A stretch of DNA of 24,000 bases from an uncultured Porticoccaceae bacterium (GTDB taxonomy: Bacteria > Pseudomonadota > Gammaproteobacteria > Pseudomonadales > Porticoccaceae): positions 1-24,000 of the forward strand of contig CAZWUP010000001.1 of assembly GCA_964637045.1 (NCBI GenBank). Direction: 5' to 3'. Below, in pieces: positions 1 through 9,469 of the stretch. Position 1 is the stretch's first letter. Each line of letters starts with the position of its first letter. The notes beneath the pieces were generated by a model that saw only the letters and a list, made by a program, of their open reading frames with translations, ran no database searches and was not told the DNA's origin. Position numbers and translations under genes: made by a program.

Positions 1-71
1 GCCTGCGTTTTGCGATCCGTGAAGGTGGCCGCACCGTCGGCGCCGGCGTGGTGGCCAAAATCCTCGAGTAA
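1..71 (+). CDS. tuf: Elongation factor Tu, C-terminal fragment (5' part lies outside the window)
   Basis: Frame 3 reads LRFAIREGGRTVGAGVVAKILE followed by TAA at 69-71. This is the conserved EF-Tu C-terminus. A tuf gene directly upstream of rpsJ is the usual str/S10 junction. Confidence 0.9.
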   Translation, partial: LRFAIREGGRTVGAGVVAKILE

Positions 72-110
72 CACCGAGGCCGGGCCTGGCGTGAAGTAAT
101 GGACGCCCAG

Positions 111-140
111 AGAGCCGCTCAGCTGAGCGGCTCTTTTTTT
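111..140 (+). terminator. Rho-independent terminator downstream of tuf
   Basis: A perfect 10-bp stem, agagccgctc (111-120) with gagcggctct (125-134), has a 4-nt loop agct and runs into a T7 tract (134-140). Confidence 0.85.
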
Positions 141-196
141 CCCGAGCAAAGGATCGCTCTGGTGTATAAAAACTTGGACTATTTGCGGTTATTAGC

Positions 197-225
197 TTGA
201 CACCCTGGCGGGGCAACCTTAAAAT
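197..225 (+). promoter_or_regulatory. Sigma70 promoter of the S10 (rpsJ) operon
   Basis: TTGACA (197-202), an exact 17-nt spacer, then TAAAAT (220-225). A GC-rich discriminator ctcgcc follows the -10. An AT-rich tract tataaaaactt lies upstream at 165-175. The element sits between the tuf terminator and rpsJ. Confidence 0.75.
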
Positions 226-293
226 CTCGCCTCCTTTTTAGGCGGGGTTTTCAGCGGTCGCTGTCAATCTATCTCATCGGAGTTTGTGATTCC

Positions 294-605
294 ATGCAGA
301 ATCAACGTATTAGAATTCGACTGAAGTCGTTCGATCACAAGCTGATCGACGCCTCCACGCAGGAAATCGTCGAAACGGCGAAGCGTACCGGTGCCCAGAT
401 TCGCGGCCCGATTCCCCTGCCCACCAGGAAGGAAAGATTTACCATTCTGGTCTCGCCGCATGTCAACAAGGATGCCCGCGACCAATATGAAATTCGCACA
501 CACAAGCGCCTGCTTGACATCGTGGAGCCCACTGAAAAAACAGTGGATGCGCTGATGAAGCTGGACTTGGCTGCAGGTGTAGATGTTCAGATCAGCCTAG
601 GCTGA
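294..605 (+). CDS. rpsJ: 30S ribosomal protein S10
   Basis: 103 aa, [15 protein letters not shown]...[10 protein letters not shown]. Full-length match to the S10 family and first gene of the S10 operon. Confidence 0.98.
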   Translation: MQNQRIRIRLKSFDHKLIDASTQEIVETAKRTGAQIRGPIPLPTRKERFTILVSPHVNKDARDQYEIRTHKRLLDIVEPTEKTVDALMKLDLAAGVDVQISLG

Positions 606-699
606 TCGCGCCAAGCCTAAAGCCCCGCAAGGGGGTGTGTAACGCTCTGAAATGGGTGGCCATAGCGGGTAACAGCCCCGTACACAACGAGGTTATAAA

Positions 700-1335
700 A
701 TGAGTGTTGGAATTGTCGGTCGCAAGTGCGGCATGACCCGCGTCTTTACGGACGACGGTGTATCTATTCCGGTGACCGTGATTGAGGTAGACCCCAATCG
801 CGTCACTCAGGTCAAAAGCGTCGAAACCGATGGCTATGAAGCGATTCAGGTCGCCACCGGCTCCCGTCGCCCCTCTCGTGTCACCAAGTCTGCCGCAGGT
901 CACTACGCCAAGGCGGGCGTCGAAGCTGGCCGCGGTCTGTGGGAGTTTCGTCTCGACGGAACCGGAGAGCAGTTTGAGGTGGGCTCAGTTGTCACTGTTG
1001 AGCGCTTCGAATCCGGTCAAATGGTCGATGTAACCGGTGTCTCCAAAGGCAAGGGCTTCCAGGGCGTTATCAAGCGCTGGAACTTCGCCATGCAGGACGC
1101 CACCCACGGTAACTCGCTGTCTCACCGCGCCCCCGGTTCAATCGGTCAGAACCAGACCCCTGGACGAGTCTTCAAGGGCAAGAAGATGGCCGGCCATATG
1201 GGTGCCGAACAGGTTACTGTCCAAAATCTTCAGGTGGTGCGGGTCGATGCCGCGCGCAATCTGCTGTTGATCAAGGGTGCCGTGCCGGGCGCCCCCGGTG
1301 GTGATGTGATCGTTCGTCCCGCTGAGAAGGCGTAA
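700..1335 (+). CDS. rplC: 50S ribosomal protein L3
   Basis: 211 aa, ...[24 protein letters not shown]...GRGLWEFRL. Typical L3. GAGG Shine-Dalgarno at 689-692. Confidence 0.98.
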   Translation: MSVGIVGRKCGMTRVFTDDGVSIPVTVIEVDPNRVTQVKSVETDGYEAIQVATGSRRPSRVTKSAAGHYAKAGVEAGRGLWEFRLDGTGEQFEVGSVVTVERFESGQMVDVTGVSKGKGFQGVIKRWNFAMQDATHGNSLSHRAPGSIGQNQTPGRVFKGKKMAGHMGAEQVTVQNLQVVRVDAARNLLLIKGAVPGAPGGDVIVRPAEKA

Positions 1336-1347
1336 GGGGATCAACCT

Positions 1348-1962
1348 ATGGAATTGAATATTGCAAGCCCAGAAGGCAAGGCCGGAACTCTCACTGTTTC
1401 CGATGCCACCTTTGGCAAAGAGTTTAACCAGGATCTGGTGCACCAGGCAGTTGTCGCCTACATGGCTGGCGGTCGTCAGGGAACCCGCGCGCAAAAGACC
1501 CGTTCCGACGTTTCCGGCGGTGGCAAGAAGCCGTGGAAGCAGAAGGGCAGTGGCCGCGCTCGTGCCGGCACCATCCGCAGCCCGCTGTGGAGAAGTGGTG
1601 GTGTCACCTTTGCCGCCCGTCCCCAGGACCACTCGCAAAAGCTCAACAAGAAGATGTACCGCGCGGCGTTGCGCGCCATTTTTTCCGAGCTGGTGCGCCA
1701 GGATCGCCTGATTGTGGTCGAGGGTTTCGCTCTCGAGGAGCCCAAGACCAAGGGCCTGGTGGCAAAGCTTGGCCAGTTTGGTCTGAGCAATGTGCTGATT
1801 GTCACCGAAGAAGTCGACAACAACCTGTACCTGTCCGCCAGAAACCTGCACAAGGTTGAGGTGCGTGACGCCCTGGGTATAGATCCCGTCAGTCTGATCG
1901 GCTTCGAGAAGGTGCTGGTGACAGTGCCCGCCCTGAAGAAAGTAGAGGAGATGCTGGCATGA
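1348..1962 (+). CDS. rplD: 50S ribosomal protein L4
   Basis: 204 aa with the L4 motif [26 protein letters not shown]. Operon position is conserved. Confidence 0.98.
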   Translation: MELNIASPEGKAGTLTVSDATFGKEFNQDLVHQAVVAYMAGGRQGTRAQKTRSDVSGGGKKPWKQKGSGRARAGTIRSPLWRSGGVTFAARPQDHSQKLNKKMYRAALRAIFSELVRQDRLIVVEGFALEEPKTKGLVAKLGQFGLSNVLIVTEEVDNNLYLSARNLHKVEVRDALGIDPVSLIGFEKVLVTVPALKKVEEMLA

Positions 1963-2255
1963 ACCAGGAGCGTATCTATAAGGTGTTGCTGGGGCCCGTG
2001 GTTTCCGAAAAGGCGAGCAACGTCGCCGGTGCTGGCAACCAGGTGGTGTTCAAGGTTCTCCCCGATGCTGACAAGCGGGAGATCAAGGCCGCTGTGCAGA
2101 AGTTGTTCAATGTGGTCGTTGAAGACGTGCGCACCGTCAGCGTCAAGGGTAAGCAGAAGCGCACCCGCAATGGTATAGGCCGTCTGTCCGATTGGAAGAA
2201 AGCCTATGTACGTCTTGCGCAGGGTCAAGAAATTGACTTTGCCGTCGCTGAATAA
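1959..2255 (+). CDS. rplW: 50S ribosomal protein L23
   Basis: 98 aa, L23-like ([20 protein letters not shown]...). Its ATG overlaps the rplD stop as ATGA at 1959-1962. Confidence 0.97.
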   Translation: MNQERIYKVLLGPVVSEKASNVAGAGNQVVFKVLPDADKREIKAAVQKLFNVVVEDVRTVSVKGKQKRTRNGIGRLSDWKKAYVRLAQGQEIDFAVAE

Positions 2256-2267
2256 GGGGTTGGTGTC

Positions 2268-3092
2268 ATGCCTGTAGTCAAGAGAAAACCAACATCACCT
2301 GGCCGCCGTTTTGTGGTCAGTGTGGTGAACCCTGATCTTCACAAGGGTGCGCCCTATGCCCCTTTGCTGGAGAAGAAGTCCAAGAGCGGTGGCCGCAACA
2401 ACGCGGGTAGGATCACCACCCGCCATGTGGGCGGTGGCCACAAGCAGCACTACCGGGTTATCGATTTCAAGCGCGACAAGGACGGTATCCCCTGTGTGGT
2501 TGAGCGGGTCGAGTACGATCCCAACCGCACCGCCTATATCGCCCTGGTGTGTTACAACGACGGCGAGCGTCGCTATATTATTGCCCCCAAGGGCGTCAAG
2601 GCCGGCGACAAGCTGACCTCGGGCCAGGCTGCGTCCATCAAGGTCGGCAACAGTCTGCCGCTGCGCAATATTCCGGTGGGCACCCAGATCCACTGCATCG
2701 AGATGAAGCCGGGCAAGGGCGCCCAGATCGCCCGCAGCGCCGGTGCTTCTGTGCAGTTGGTTGCACGGGAAGGCCAGTACGCCACCCTGCGTTTGCGCAG
2801 CGGCGAGATGCGCAAGGTGCCTTCCGAGTGTCGTGCCACCATTGGCGAAGTGTCCAACAGCGAGCACAACCTGCGCTCTCTGGGCAAGGCTGGCGCCACC
2901 CGCTGGCGGGGCGTGCGCCCCACTGTTCGCGGTGTTGCCATGAACCCTGTCGATCACCCCCACGGTGGTGGTGAAGGCCGCACCTCCGGAGGTCGTCACC
3001 CGGTGTCGCCCTGGGGTACCCCCACCAAGGGTTACAAGACGCGCAAGAACAAGCGCACCACCAAGATGATCGTACGTCGTCGCGACAAGTAA
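2268..3092 (+). CDS. rplB: 50S ribosomal protein L2
   Basis: 274 aa with the hallmark [29 protein letters not shown]. Confidence 0.98.
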   Translation: MPVVKRKPTSPGRRFVVSVVNPDLHKGAPYAPLLEKKSKSGGRNNAGRITTRHVGGGHKQHYRVIDFKRDKDGIPCVVERVEYDPNRTAYIALVCYNDGERRYIIAPKGVKAGDKLTSGQAASIKVGNSLPLRNIPVGTQIHCIEMKPGKGAQIARSAGASVQLVAREGQYATLRLRSGEMRKVPSECRATIGEVSNSEHNLRSLGKAGATRWRGVRPTVRGVAMNPVDHPHGGGEGRTSGGRHPVSPWGTPTKGYKTRKNKRTTKMIVRRRDK

Positions 3093-3131
3093 CGGCCTAC
3101 CCAGCAGAATTGACAGGAAGAGGAAATTACA

Positions 3132-3407
3132 GTGCCACGCTCCCTGAAAAAAGGTCCATTCATTGATCTCCACCTGTTGAAGAAGGTTGAGCAGGCGGTA
3201 GAGAAGAACGACAAGCGTCCCATCAAGACCTGGTCGCGCCGCTCCATGATACTGCCCGAGATGGTCGGCTTGACCATCGCGATCCACAACGGCAAGCAGC
3301 ATGTTCCCGTGTTGGTTTCCGAGGAAATGGTTGGCCACAAGCTAGGAGAGTTTGCGGCGACCCGCACCTATCGCGGCCATGTTGCGGATAAGAAAGCCAA
3401 GCGCTAA
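3132..3407 (+). CDS. rpsS: 30S ribosomal protein S19
   Basis: 91 aa with a GTG start, [19 protein letters not shown]...HNGKQHVPV. Confidence 0.97.
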   Translation: MPRSLKKGPFIDLHLLKKVEQAVEKNDKRPIKTWSRRSMILPEMVGLTIAIHNGKQHVPVLVSEEMVGHKLGEFAATRTYRGHVADKKAKR

Positions 3408-3435
3408 GCACGGCTATCAGTAGAGGTATAGAAAG

Positions 3436-3774
3436 GTGGAAGTAGCAGCGAAATTACGCGGAGCCAGGTTGTCTGCCCAGAAGGCTAGACTGGTAGCTGA
3501 CCAGATCCGTGGAAAGAAGGTTGAAGACGCCCTGGATATCCTGGCCTTCAGCCCAAAAAAGGGCGCAGTGATTATCAAGAAGGTGCTTGAGTCCGCGATC
3601 GCCAACGCCGAGCACAATGAAGGTGCCGACGTCGATGAACTCCGGGTGGCGACAATATTTGTCGACGAAGGTTTGACTCTGAAAAGAATCAAGCCCCGGG
3701 CCAAGGGTCGTGCGGATCGTATTTTCAAGCGCACTTGTCACATAACAGTGAAAGTTGCCGACAAGGCAAAGTAG
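3436..3774 (+). CDS. rplV: 50S ribosomal protein L22
   Basis: 112 aa with a GTG start, ...[24 protein letters not shown]... Typical L22. Confidence 0.96.
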   Translation: MEVAAKLRGARLSAQKARLVADQIRGKKVEDALDILAFSPKKGAVIIKKVLESAIANAEHNEGADVDELRVATIFVDEGLTLKRIKPRAKGRADRIFKRTCHITVKVADKAK

Positions 3775-3788
3775 CAGGAGACCACTTT

Positions 3789-4451
3789 ATGGGTCAGAAA
3801 GTACATCCCACGGGGATACGCCTCGGAATTGTAAAAACACATCGCTCCGTTTGGTATGCAGGCCAAAAGGACTTTGCCAACAAGCTCAATGCCGACCTGA
3901 AAGCCAGGGCCTTTATTGAGAAGCAGCTGGCCCACGCATCGGTGAGCCGCGTTGATATCGAGCGCCCTGCCGAGTCAGCCAAAATTACCATTCACACCGC
4001 CCGTCCCGGCGTGGTGATTGGCAAGAAGGGCGAGGATGTGGAGAAACTGCGCCTCAGCGTGGCGGCGATGATGGGTGTACCTGTCCATATCAACATCGAA
4101 GAGGTGCGCAAGCCAGACCTGGATGCGACCTTGGTGGCACAGAACATCGCCCAGCAGCTGGAACGCCGTGTCATGTTCCGCAGGGCCATGAAGCGCGCGG
4201 TGCAGAACAGCATGCGTCAGGGCGCCGAAGGTATCAAGATTCAGGTTGGAGGCCGTCTCGGTGGTGCCGAGATCGCCCGTACCGAATGGTATCGCGAAGG
4301 CCGAGTGCCGCTGCACACCCTGCGTGCGGATATCGACTATGCAACTGCGGAGGCATCGACAACCTACGGGATTATCGGTGTGAAAGTTTGGATTTTCAAA
4401 GGCGAGATACTGGGTGCTCCTGAAGCAGACCAGTCCAAGCCCAAGAAGTGA
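3789..4451 (+). CDS. rpsC: 30S ribosomal protein S3
   Basis: The conserved S3 N-terminus [15 protein letters not shown] begins at the ATG at 3789. The track ORF from 3735 adds 18 non-conserved residues that overlap the rplV 3' end, so I trimmed it. Confidence 0.95.
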   Translation: MGQKVHPTGIRLGIVKTHRSVWYAGQKDFANKLNADLKARAFIEKQLAHASVSRVDIERPAESAKITIHTARPGVVIGKKGEDVEKLRLSVAAMMGVPVHINIEEVRKPDLDATLVAQNIAQQLERRVMFRRAMKRAVQNSMRQGAEGIKIQVGGRLGGAEIARTEWYREGRVPLHTLRADIDYATAEASTTYGIIGVKVWIFKGEILGAPEADQSKPKK

Positions 4452-4474
4452 TTGGCGAATAAGGGTCGAGCGAC

Positions 4475-4888
4475 ATGCTGCAACCGAAACGAACCAAATT
4501 CCGTAAACAAATGAAGGGCCGCAACCGCGGCTTGGCCCAGCGCGGCAGCAAAGTGAGCTTCGGCGAATACGGACTGAAATCTACCGATCGTGGCCGCCTC
4601 ACCGCGCGTCAGATCGAGGCCGCTCGTCGTGCCATGACCCGTCACATCAAGCGTGGCGGCAAAATCTGGATCCGCGTGTTTCCGGACAAGCCCATTACCG
4701 AAAAGCCCCTGGAAGTTCGTCAGGGCAAGGGTAAGGGTAATGTCTCCTACTGGGTGGCTCAAATTCAGCCCGGTAAGGTTCTCTACGAAATGGAAGGTGT
4801 GACCGAAGAGCTGGCCCGCGAGGCATTTGCTCTGGCGGCAGCGAAACTGCCCCTGAGGACCACTTTCGTGAAACGGACGGTGATGTGA
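4475..4888 (+). CDS. rplP: 50S ribosomal protein L16
   Basis: 137 aa, [19 protein letters not shown]... Typical L16. Confidence 0.98.
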   Translation: MLQPKRTKFRKQMKGRNRGLAQRGSKVSFGEYGLKSTDRGRLTARQIEAARRAMTRHIKRGGKIWIRVFPDKPITEKPLEVRQGKGKGNVSYWVAQIQPGKVLYEMEGVTEELAREAFALAAAKLPLRTTFVKRTVM

Positions 4889-5079
4889 TGAAGGGCGCTG
4901 AATTGAGAGAGAAGTCTGCGGACGAACTGCAGGCAATGTTGCGCACCGAGCTGGAAAATCAGTTCAAGTTGCGCATGCAGAAAGCAACTGGCCAGCTGGG
5001 CCAGTCACACAAGATTGATGCCACCCGCAAGAACATTGCCCGCATCAAAACCGTGTTGAATCAGAAGGCAGGTAACTGA
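4888..5079 (+). CDS. rpmC: 50S ribosomal protein L29
   Basis: [14 protein letters not shown]...[12 protein letters not shown] matches L29. The ATG at 4888 shares its A with the rplP TGA stop. The GTG at 4885 used by the track is less likely. Confidence 0.93.
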   Translation: MKGAELREKSADELQAMLRTELENQFKLRMQKATGQLGQSHKIDATRKNIARIKTVLNQKAGN

Positions 5080-5080
5080 C

Positions 5081-5341
5081 ATGGGTGAATTAAGCGCACG
5101 CACACTGTCCGGCAGGGTCGTCAGCGACAAAATGGACAAGACCATCACGGTGATGATTGAACGCCGTGTAAAGCACCCTGTCTACGGCAAGATCATCAGT
5201 CGTTCAACCAAGATCAAGGCCCACGACGAGGACAATGTGTGCCGCACTGGCGACCTTGTCACCATTAAAGAAACTCGCCCCCTGTCCCGGACCAAGTCCT
5301 GGACCCTGGTCGAGGTTGTTGAGCAGGCCGCTGAAGTATAA
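5081..5341 (+). CDS. rpsQ: 30S ribosomal protein S17
   Basis: 86 aa, ...[29 protein letters not shown]... Typical S17. Confidence 0.97.
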   Translation: MGELSARTLSGRVVSDKMDKTITVMIERRVKHPVYGKIISRSTKIKAHDEDNVCRTGDLVTIKETRPLSRTKSWTLVEVVEQAAEV

Positions 5342-5374
5342 GCGGGCACGCAGTAACGGTTTCGGAGCGAAACA

Positions 5375-5743
5375 ATGATTCAGACGCAGACCTATTTGGA
5401 TGTGGCAGACAACAGCGGTGCACGCAGGGTTATGTGTATCAAGGTGCTGGGTGGCTCACACCGCCGCTACGCAAGCGTAGGGGATGTTATCAAGGTGTCC
5501 GTAAAGGAGGCGATTCCCCGTGGCAAGGTCAAGAAAGGCCAGGTGATGAACGCTGTTGTGGTACGCACAAGAAAGGGTGTACGCCGTCAGGATGGAAGTC
5601 TCATCAAATTTGACGACAATGCCGCTGTGCTGCTGAACAATCAGCTCGCTCCCATCGGAACCCGTATCTTCGGGCCTGTCACCCGCGAGTTGCGCGGCGA
5701 CAAATTCATGAAAATTATCTCTCTGGCACCTGAAGTGCTCTGA
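5375..5743 (+). CDS. rplN: 50S ribosomal protein L14
   Basis: 122 aa, [28 protein letters not shown]... Confidence 0.98.
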   Translation: MIQTQTYLDVADNSGARRVMCIKVLGGSHRRYASVGDVIKVSVKEAIPRGKVKKGQVMNAVVVRTRKGVRRQDGSLIKFDDNAAVLLNNQLAPIGTRIFGPVTRELRGDKFMKIISLAPEVL

Positions 5744-5760
5744 GCCGGAGGAGGTCGAAC

Positions 5761-6084
5761 ATGGCAAGCAGAAAGATCAAGACAAACGACGACGTTGTAG
5801 TACTTGCAGGCAAGGACAAGGGCAAGCGCGGCAAGGTTCTCAAGGTGCTGGACGACGGCCGACTCCTGGTGTCAGGAATTCAGATCGTCAAGAAGCACCA
5901 AAAACCGAACCCCCAGCTGGGTGTTCCCGGTGGCATCATTGAAAAAGAAGCCCCGATAGATATTTCAAATGTGGCCCTCTATAACCCTGAGACCCGCAAA
6001 GCCGATCGCGTCGGCTTCAAGGTTCAGGAAGATGGCAAAAAAGTAAGAGTGTTCAAGTCCAGCGGCGCTGCCGTTGATGGCTAA
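5761..6084 (+). CDS. rplX: 50S ribosomal protein L24
   Basis: 107 aa with the KOW-type motif [20 protein letters not shown]. Confidence 0.97.
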   Translation: MASRKIKTNDDVVVLAGKDKGKRGKVLKVLDDGRLLVSGIQIVKKHQKPNPQLGVPGGIIEKEAPIDISNVALYNPETRKADRVGFKVQEDGKKVRVFKSSGAAVDG

Positions 6085-6098
6085 CAGGGTAATTTGAC

Positions 6099-6638
6099 AT
6101 GGCCAGGCTGAAAGAAGTTTACAAGACTGAAATCGCACCCAAGCTCCAGCAAGAGCTGGGTCTTGCGAATGTAATGGATATTCCGCGGATCACCAAGATC
6201 ACCCTCAATATGGGTGTGGGCGAGGCGCTCGCCGACAAGAAGACGCTGGAGAACGCCGTCAATGAGATGACGCTGATCTCCGGGCAGAAGCCGGTGATCA
6301 CCAAGGCGCGCAAGTCGGTTGCGGGATTCAAGGTTCGCGAAGGCTGGCCAATTGGCTGCAAGGTCACCCTGCGTGCCGATCGCATGTACGACTTCCTGGA
6401 ACGGCTGGTCAGCATCGCCATTCCCCGGATTCGCGATTTCCGCGGCATTAGCCCCAAGTCCTTTGATGGTCGCGGCAATTTTTCCATGGGTATCAATGAG
6501 CAGATCATTTTCCCGGAAATTGATTACGACAAGGTCGACGCGCTGCGCGGGATGGATATCACCATCACCACCACGGCAAGAACAGATGACGAAGGTCGCG
6601 CCTTGTTGAGGGCGTTCAACTTCCCGCTGAAGGGTTGA
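6099..6638 (+). CDS. rplE: 50S ribosomal protein L5
   Basis: 179 aa, ...[16 protein letters not shown]...[10 protein letters not shown]... Confidence 0.98.
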   Translation: MARLKEVYKTEIAPKLQQELGLANVMDIPRITKITLNMGVGEALADKKTLENAVNEMTLISGQKPVITKARKSVAGFKVREGWPIGCKVTLRADRMYDFLERLVSIAIPRIRDFRGISPKSFDGRGNFSMGINEQIIFPEIDYDKVDALRGMDITITTTARTDDEGRALLRAFNFPLKG

Positions 6639-6647
6639 GGTAGAGAC

Positions 6648-6953
6648 ATGGCAAAGAGATCAATGATCGAGCGCGAACTGAAGCGCGCCAAGGCGGCTGC
6701 CAAATACGGCGCCAAGAGAGCCGAGCTCAAGGCAACCATCACCAGCGTCAGCGCGACCGACGAGCAGCGCTGGGAAGCCCAGGTCAAGCTCCAGAAGCTG
6801 CCCCGCGACTCCAGCCCAGTGCGCAAGCAGCGCCGTTGCCGGATCACCGGTCGCCCCCACGCCGTGTATCGCAAGTTCGGCCTGTGCCGCAACAAGTTGC
6901 GTGAGGCCGCCATGCGCGGTGATATCCCTGGCCTTGTAAAAGCCAGCTGGTAA
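6648..6953 (+). CDS. rpsN: 30S ribosomal protein S14 (long form)
   Basis: 101 aa, ...[25 protein letters not shown]...VKASW. Confidence 0.97.
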   Translation: MAKRSMIERELKRAKAAAKYGAKRAELKATITSVSATDEQRWEAQVKLQKLPRDSSPVRKQRRCRITGRPHAVYRKFGLCRNKLREAAMRGDIPGLVKASW

Positions 6954-6970
6954 GCGAGAGGAACTGATCC

Positions 6971-7363
6971 ATGAGTATGCAAGATTCACTGGCTGATATG
7001 CTGACCCGCATCCGCAACGCCCACGGCAGACAGCGTCCCTCCGTGACCATGCCGTCATCCACCCTCAAGGTGTCCGTGGCGGAGGTGCTGAAGAGCGAAG
7101 GTTATATCAGCGATTTCAAGGTTAGCGACGGCGTCAAGCCCGAGCTGACCATTGAGCTCAAGTATTTCGAAGGCAAGCCGGTCATTGAAGAGATCAGCCG
7201 CTCCAGCCGTCCCGGACTGCGTTATTACTCCGGTGCCAAGGAACTGCCAAAAGTCAGGGGTGGCCTGGGTGTTGCCATCGTCTCCACCAGCAAGGGTGTG
7301 ATGACCGACCGCGCTGCCCGTGCGGCTGGCGTTGGTGGCGAAGTGCTCTGCACTGTGTTTTAA
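6971..7363 (+). CDS. rpsH: 30S ribosomal protein S8
   Basis: 130 aa, [17 protein letters not shown]... Confidence 0.98.
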   Translation: MSMQDSLADMLTRIRNAHGRQRPSVTMPSSTLKVSVAEVLKSEGYISDFKVSDGVKPELTIELKYFEGKPVIEEISRSSRPGLRYYSGAKELPKVRGGLGVAIVSTSKGVMTDRAARAAGVGGEVLCTVF

Positions 7364-7390
7364 CAGCCGCATTTACGAAGAGATTGCCAA

Positions 7391-7924
7391 ATGTCTAGAG
7401 TAGCGAAGAGTCCTGTAGAGCTCCCGACAGGAGTTGAAGTCAAACTGGAAGCTGATCAGATTTCGGTCAAGGGTAGCAAGGGAAACCTTTCGATGCTCAT
7501 CAAGTCCGACGTCGTCATCAGCCAGGACGGGAACGTACTTAACTTTGTCCCGGCCAATGACGGTCAGCATGCGCACGCGTTGTCAGGCACCTATCGTGCC
7601 CTGGTAAACAACATGGTGCGCGGTGTTGCCGATGGTTTTGAGAGAAAGCTGCAACTGGTTGGCGTCGGTTACCGGGCCAACGCCCAAGGGGACAAGATCA
7701 ATCTGACCCTGGGGTTTTCTCACCCCGTTGAGTATCAGTTGCCCGCAGGTGTCAGCGCCGAAACCCCGACCCAGACCGAAATCGTGCTCAAGGCAGCTGA
7801 CAAGCAGCTGCTCGGCCAGGTGGCAGCGGAGATCCGCGCCTTCCGTCCGCCAGAGCCCTACAAAGGCAAGGGTGTACGCTATGCTGACGAAAATGTTCGT
7901 CGTAAAGAAGCGAAGAAAAAGTAA
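7391..7924 (+). CDS. rplF: 50S ribosomal protein L6
   Basis: 177 aa, [18 protein letters not shown]...[11 protein letters not shown]... Confidence 0.98.
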   Translation: MSRVAKSPVELPTGVEVKLEADQISVKGSKGNLSMLIKSDVVISQDGNVLNFVPANDGQHAHALSGTYRALVNNMVRGVADGFERKLQLVGVGYRANAQGDKINLTLGFSHPVEYQLPAGVSAETPTQTEIVLKAADKQLLGQVAAEIRAFRPPEPYKGKGVRYADENVRRKEAKKK

Positions 7925-7936
7925 CAGGTTCTGAGT

Positions 7937-8287
7937 ATGAAAGACAAAAAGCAGTCCCGTATGCGCCGCGCTCTCCGTGCCCGTGTCAAAATTCGCGAGT
8001 TGGGATCAGTGAGGCTGACAGTTCATCGCACCCCGCGCCACATCTACGCCCAGGTGATTGCGCCCAGCGGCGACAGGGTCATCGCCAGTGCTTCGACACT
8101 GGACGAAACCCTGCGCTCGGGTGCCACTGGCAACATCGATGCCGCCCGCGCCGTTGGACAACTGGTGGCAGAACGTGCCAAGGAAGCCGGCGTTGCCAAG
8201 GTTTCCTTCGACAGGAGCGGCTTCAAATACCATGGCCGTGTGAAAGCGCTTGCTGATGCAGCACGTGAAGCTGGGCTTGAATTCTAA
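7937..8287 (+). CDS. rplR: 50S ribosomal protein L18
   Basis: 116 aa, ...[18 protein letters not shown]...[26 protein letters not shown]. Confidence 0.98.
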   Translation: MKDKKQSRMRRALRARVKIRELGSVRLTVHRTPRHIYAQVIAPSGDRVIASASTLDETLRSGATGNIDAARAVGQLVAERAKEAGVAKVSFDRSGFKYHGRVKALADAAREAGLEF

Positions 8288-8297
8288 AGGTTGAGAA

Positions 8298-8807
8298 ATG
8301 GCTAACAATCCAAGAGATGTAGATCCGAACGAAGGGCTGAAGGAAAAACTGGTTCAGGTGAACCGGGTTGCGAAAACCGTAAAAGGTGGCCGTATCTTCG
8401 CTTTCACAGCTCTCACCGTCGTCGGTGATGGCAATGGCCGCGTGGGCTTCGGTCGCGGCAAGGCGCGGGAAGTTCCCCAGGCCATTCAAAAGGCCATGGA
8501 AGCCGCCCGCCGCAATATGATCGACGTGGAACTGAACGGCACCACCATTCAGTACCCAACCAGGGCCAACCACGGTGCCTCGCGGATCTATATGTCGCCC
8601 GCATCCGAAGGTACTGGCGTAATCGCCGGTGGCGCCATGCGCTCCGTACTCGAACTGGCCGGTGTCCAGAACGTGCTGGCCAAGTGCTACGGCTCCACCA
8701 ACCCGGTCAACGTGGTGCGCGCCACTTTCAAGGCGCTGAAGAGCATCAAGTCCCCGGAGCAAGTGGCTGCCAAGCGTGGTATGACCGCTGAAGACATCCA
8801 GGGCTGA
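8298..8807 (+). CDS. rpsE: 30S ribosomal protein S5
   Basis: 169 aa, ...[40 protein letters not shown]... Confidence 0.98.
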   Translation: MANNPRDVDPNEGLKEKLVQVNRVAKTVKGGRIFAFTALTVVGDGNGRVGFGRGKAREVPQAIQKAMEAARRNMIDVELNGTTIQYPTRANHGASRIYMSPASEGTGVIAGGAMRSVLELAGVQNVLAKCYGSTNPVNVVRATFKALKSIKSPEQVAAKRGMTAEDIQG

Positions 8808-8835
8808 GCCCAGGTTCAACAGGCAGGAATTGAAA

Positions 8836-9024
8836 ATGGCTAATGCAAGCAAAATCAAAGTGACTCAGACCAAGAGCTCACACGGCCGGATCGCAGCCCA
8901 TCGCGCCTGCGCCAGCGGTTTGGGTCTGAGGAGAATTGGCCACACCGTCGAGGTGGAGGATACCCCCTCCGTCCGCGGTATGATCAACAAGATTTTTTAT
9001 ATGGTTAAGGTTCAGGGAGAGTGA
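8836..9024 (+). CDS. rpmD: 50S ribosomal protein L30
   Basis: [18 protein letters not shown]...[25 protein letters not shown] matches L30. The track start at 8830 is a TTG. The ATG at 8836, with AGGCAGGA at 8821-8828 upstream, fits the family N-terminus better. Confidence 0.93.
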   Translation: MANASKIKVTQTKSSHGRIAAHRACASGLGLRRIGHTVEVEDTPSVRGMINKIFYMVKVQGE

Positions 9025-9026
9025 TC

Positions 9027-9461
9027 ATGAAGCTGAATACGCTGAGTCCGGCTCCCGGTCGCATCAAAGAAGGCAAGCGTCTCGGTCGCGGCATCGGCAG
9101 CGGTCTGGGCAAAACCGGTGGCCGTGGCCACAAGGGCCAGAAGGCCCGCTCCGGTGGTCGTGTGCGCCCCGGCTTTGAGGGTGGCCAGATGCCCCTCCAG
9201 AAGCGCCTGCCCAAGTTCGGCTTCAGCTCGCGGATTTCCCGCGTCAGTGCTGAGATCCGCACCTCGGAGCTCAACGCCGTCGCCGGTGACGTGGTCGACC
9301 TGAATGCTCTGCGCGCTGCGGGCCTGGTCAACGCCGCCATCCTGCGGGCCAAGATTTTCCTGTCCGGAACCATCGATCGCCCGCTCACCGTGAAGGGCCT
9401 GGGTGTGACCAAGGGTGCCCGCGAGGCCATCGAAGCCGCTGGCGGAAAAATTGAAGAGTAA
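9027..9461 (+). CDS. rplO: 50S ribosomal protein L15
   Basis: [11 protein letters not shown]...[24 protein letters not shown] matches L15. The ATG at 9027 lies 2 nt after the rpmD stop and has GGGAGA at 9015-9020 upstream. The track start at 9021 is a GTG that adds 2 residues. Confidence 0.94.
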   Translation: MKLNTLSPAPGRIKEGKRLGRGIGSGLGKTGGRGHKGQKARSGGRVRPGFEGGQMPLQKRLPKFGFSSRISRVSAEIRTSELNAVAGDVVDLNALRAAGLVNAAILRAKIFLSGTIDRPLTVKGLGVTKGAREAIEAAGGKIEE

Positions 9462-9469
9462 TCATCTCC

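Noticed and set aside
99-200. 33-codon ORF (MDAQRAAQLSGSFFPEQ...) in the tuf-rpsJ intergenic region.
   Set aside because: It spans the tuf terminator hairpin and runs into the S10 promoter. It has no Shine-Dalgarno sequence and a composition dictated by the palindrome.
226-256. A hairpin, ctcgcc (226-231) with ggcggg (241-246), followed by gttttc in the S10 leader. It resembles an L4-responsive attenuator or terminator.
   Set aside because: The left arm lies between the -10 hexamer (220-225) and the expected start site near 232, so most of it would not be in the transcript. The stem is only 6 bp including a G-U pair, and the U-run is short.
2295-3338. 347-aa - strand ORF. Similar long antisense ORFs occur at 1138-1851, 1476-2228, 8223-8858, 9005-9619, 10016-10732, 10941-11927, 12479-13555, 20720-22096, 21921-22718 and 22746-23369.
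   Set aside because: All lie opposite highly conserved genes (rplB, rplC/rplD, rpsE, rplO, secY, rpsM/rpsK, rpoA, amgK, murU, aspC). They are shadow ORFs of the kind expected in GC-rich coding DNA.
3735-3788. N-terminal extensions of the longest ORFs: rpsC from 3735, rpsD from 11806, pdxA to 17147, lptD to 20907 (a TTG), amgK from 20792 and murU from 21801.
   Set aside because: Each extension overlaps the preceding or divergent gene and lacks similarity to the family N-terminus. Internal ATGs reproduce the conserved N-termini ([30 protein letters not shown], a signal peptide, MEKKAALAAW, MKAMILAAG).
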